64,000 bases of DNA. Source: the human T2T-CHM13v2.0 reference genome, Homo sapiens. Position numbers and translations under genes: made by a program. Of this stretch, positions 63,049 through 64,000 are shown in pieces (the stretch's first letter is position 1; each line of letters begins with the position of its first letter). Location of the stretch: the NCBI RefSeq assembly GCF_009914755.1, contig NC_060932.1; one strand, given 5' to 3'. The notes under the pieces were generated by a model. The model saw only the letters and a list, made by a program, of their open reading frames with translations, was not told the DNA's origin and searched no databases.

Positions 63049-63362
63049 AGCCGGGCGCAGTGGTTCATGCCTGTAATCCCAGCACTTTGAGAGGCTGAGG
63101 TGGGCGGATCACTTCAGGTCGGGAGTTCAAGACCAGCCTGACAATATGGAGAAACCCCGTCTCCACTAAAAATATAAAACTAGCTGGGCATGGTGGCGCA
63201 TGCCTGTAATCCCAGCGACTCGGGAGGCTGAGGCAATAGAATCTCTTAAACCCAGGAGGCAGAGGTTGTGGTGAGCCAAGATTGCGCCATTTCACTCCAG
63301 CCTGGGCAACAAGAGCAAAACTCTGTCTCAAAAAAAAAAAAAAAGAAAAAAAAAGAAAAAAA
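63049..63362 (+). mobile_element. AluSp
   Basis: GGTCGGGAGTT, ATGGAGAAACCCC, GATTGCGCCATT, AACAAGAGCAAAACT. TSD approximately AAATT(C/A)TCTCTCTC. Confidence 0.92.
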
Positions 63363-63395
63363 TTATCTCTCTCTCTAGATATATGTGATATATTC

Positions 63396-63890
63396 TGATG
63401 TATGGGTGCTAACAAAAGACACAAGGTTCTTGGGCCATTGACAAAAAGGTTAGCTAAAGGAGCAATGGAAGTAGCAAGAGTATCAGTATCTTCTCTTGCC
63501 AGTTTCTCAAGCCACAATTTCTACGTGGTCACCTAGCGAGGGCAAAGTGACACATGTTAAAGGAGAAGAACCCTGATCTTAGGGTATCTCAACATTTTAT
63601 AGCAGTCAGTAAGCAAGTTATTCTTGGTTCCAGAGGGGGATTCTCTGTACCTTCTAAGGCTGTCAGCAAATCACCTCTTTGCTCCAGAAGGAAGCACTGT
63701 CTTATCTTCCAATGCTGTTCAGTATAAAAACATCCTTAGAAAGATAGTCAGGAATAACAGGTGTCAGTGCCTCTGCTCACAACATAAGCAAAAATGTGAA
63801 AGATTTGTGTAAAATATCCATTTCCCAAAAATATCCACCTCTCATTTTTACATCATCTTCTATATACCATCCTAGCTTCCTACTCCATCA
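63396..63890 (-). mobile_element. ERV1-type solo LTR (MER67-like, family uncertain)
   Basis: About 495 bp bounded by TGATG...CATCA, with LTR-like internal text. No clear TSD. Confidence 0.45.
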
Positions 63891-64000
63891 GGCACTCTGA
63901 TTAATATGACTGATAGGGTTTAAGATCAAATTTATGTAACTTTTTCATATAACATTTAATTAAAGATATGATCAATAGGACTCCAAGCAACAGGATGAGG

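Overview
This is AT-rich hominid (most likely human) genomic DNA, intronic or intergenic, with no intact host protein-coding gene that I can recognise. (1) A heavily decayed, intron-less processed pseudogene of mitochondrial isoleucyl-tRNA synthetase (IARS2) lies on the minus strand at <1-~3125. It runs off the left edge and is interrupted by an AluJ. (2) There are two same-orientation LINE-1s: a full-length L1PA2/young-L1PA3 (26152-32200, 15-bp TSD) and a 5'-truncated L1PA4-like copy (49955-55537, 14-bp TSD). (3) There are about 11 Alus, a solo LTR10 (HERV-I) with an AP-1 repeat, MaLR/ERV LTRs, a Charlie1 DNA transposon, old L1M/L2/MIR debris and microsatellites. Nearly all ORF-track entries are Alu/L1-derived or chance ORFs. 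I see no support for a wholly new multi-gene system. The most interesting signals are: shared non-consensus variants inside a 174-bp identical tract in the two L1s (candidate ectopic gene conversion); an extra 38 nt at the apparent exon1/exon2 junction and loss of about one exon in the IARS2 retrocopy; an L1 ORF1 that is fully open behind an ACG start; paired canonical and methylation-dependent AP-1 sites in the LTR10; and the two L1s showing the before and after states of the ZNF93-escape deletion. All comparisons to reference or consensus sequences are from memory and need alignment to confirm.
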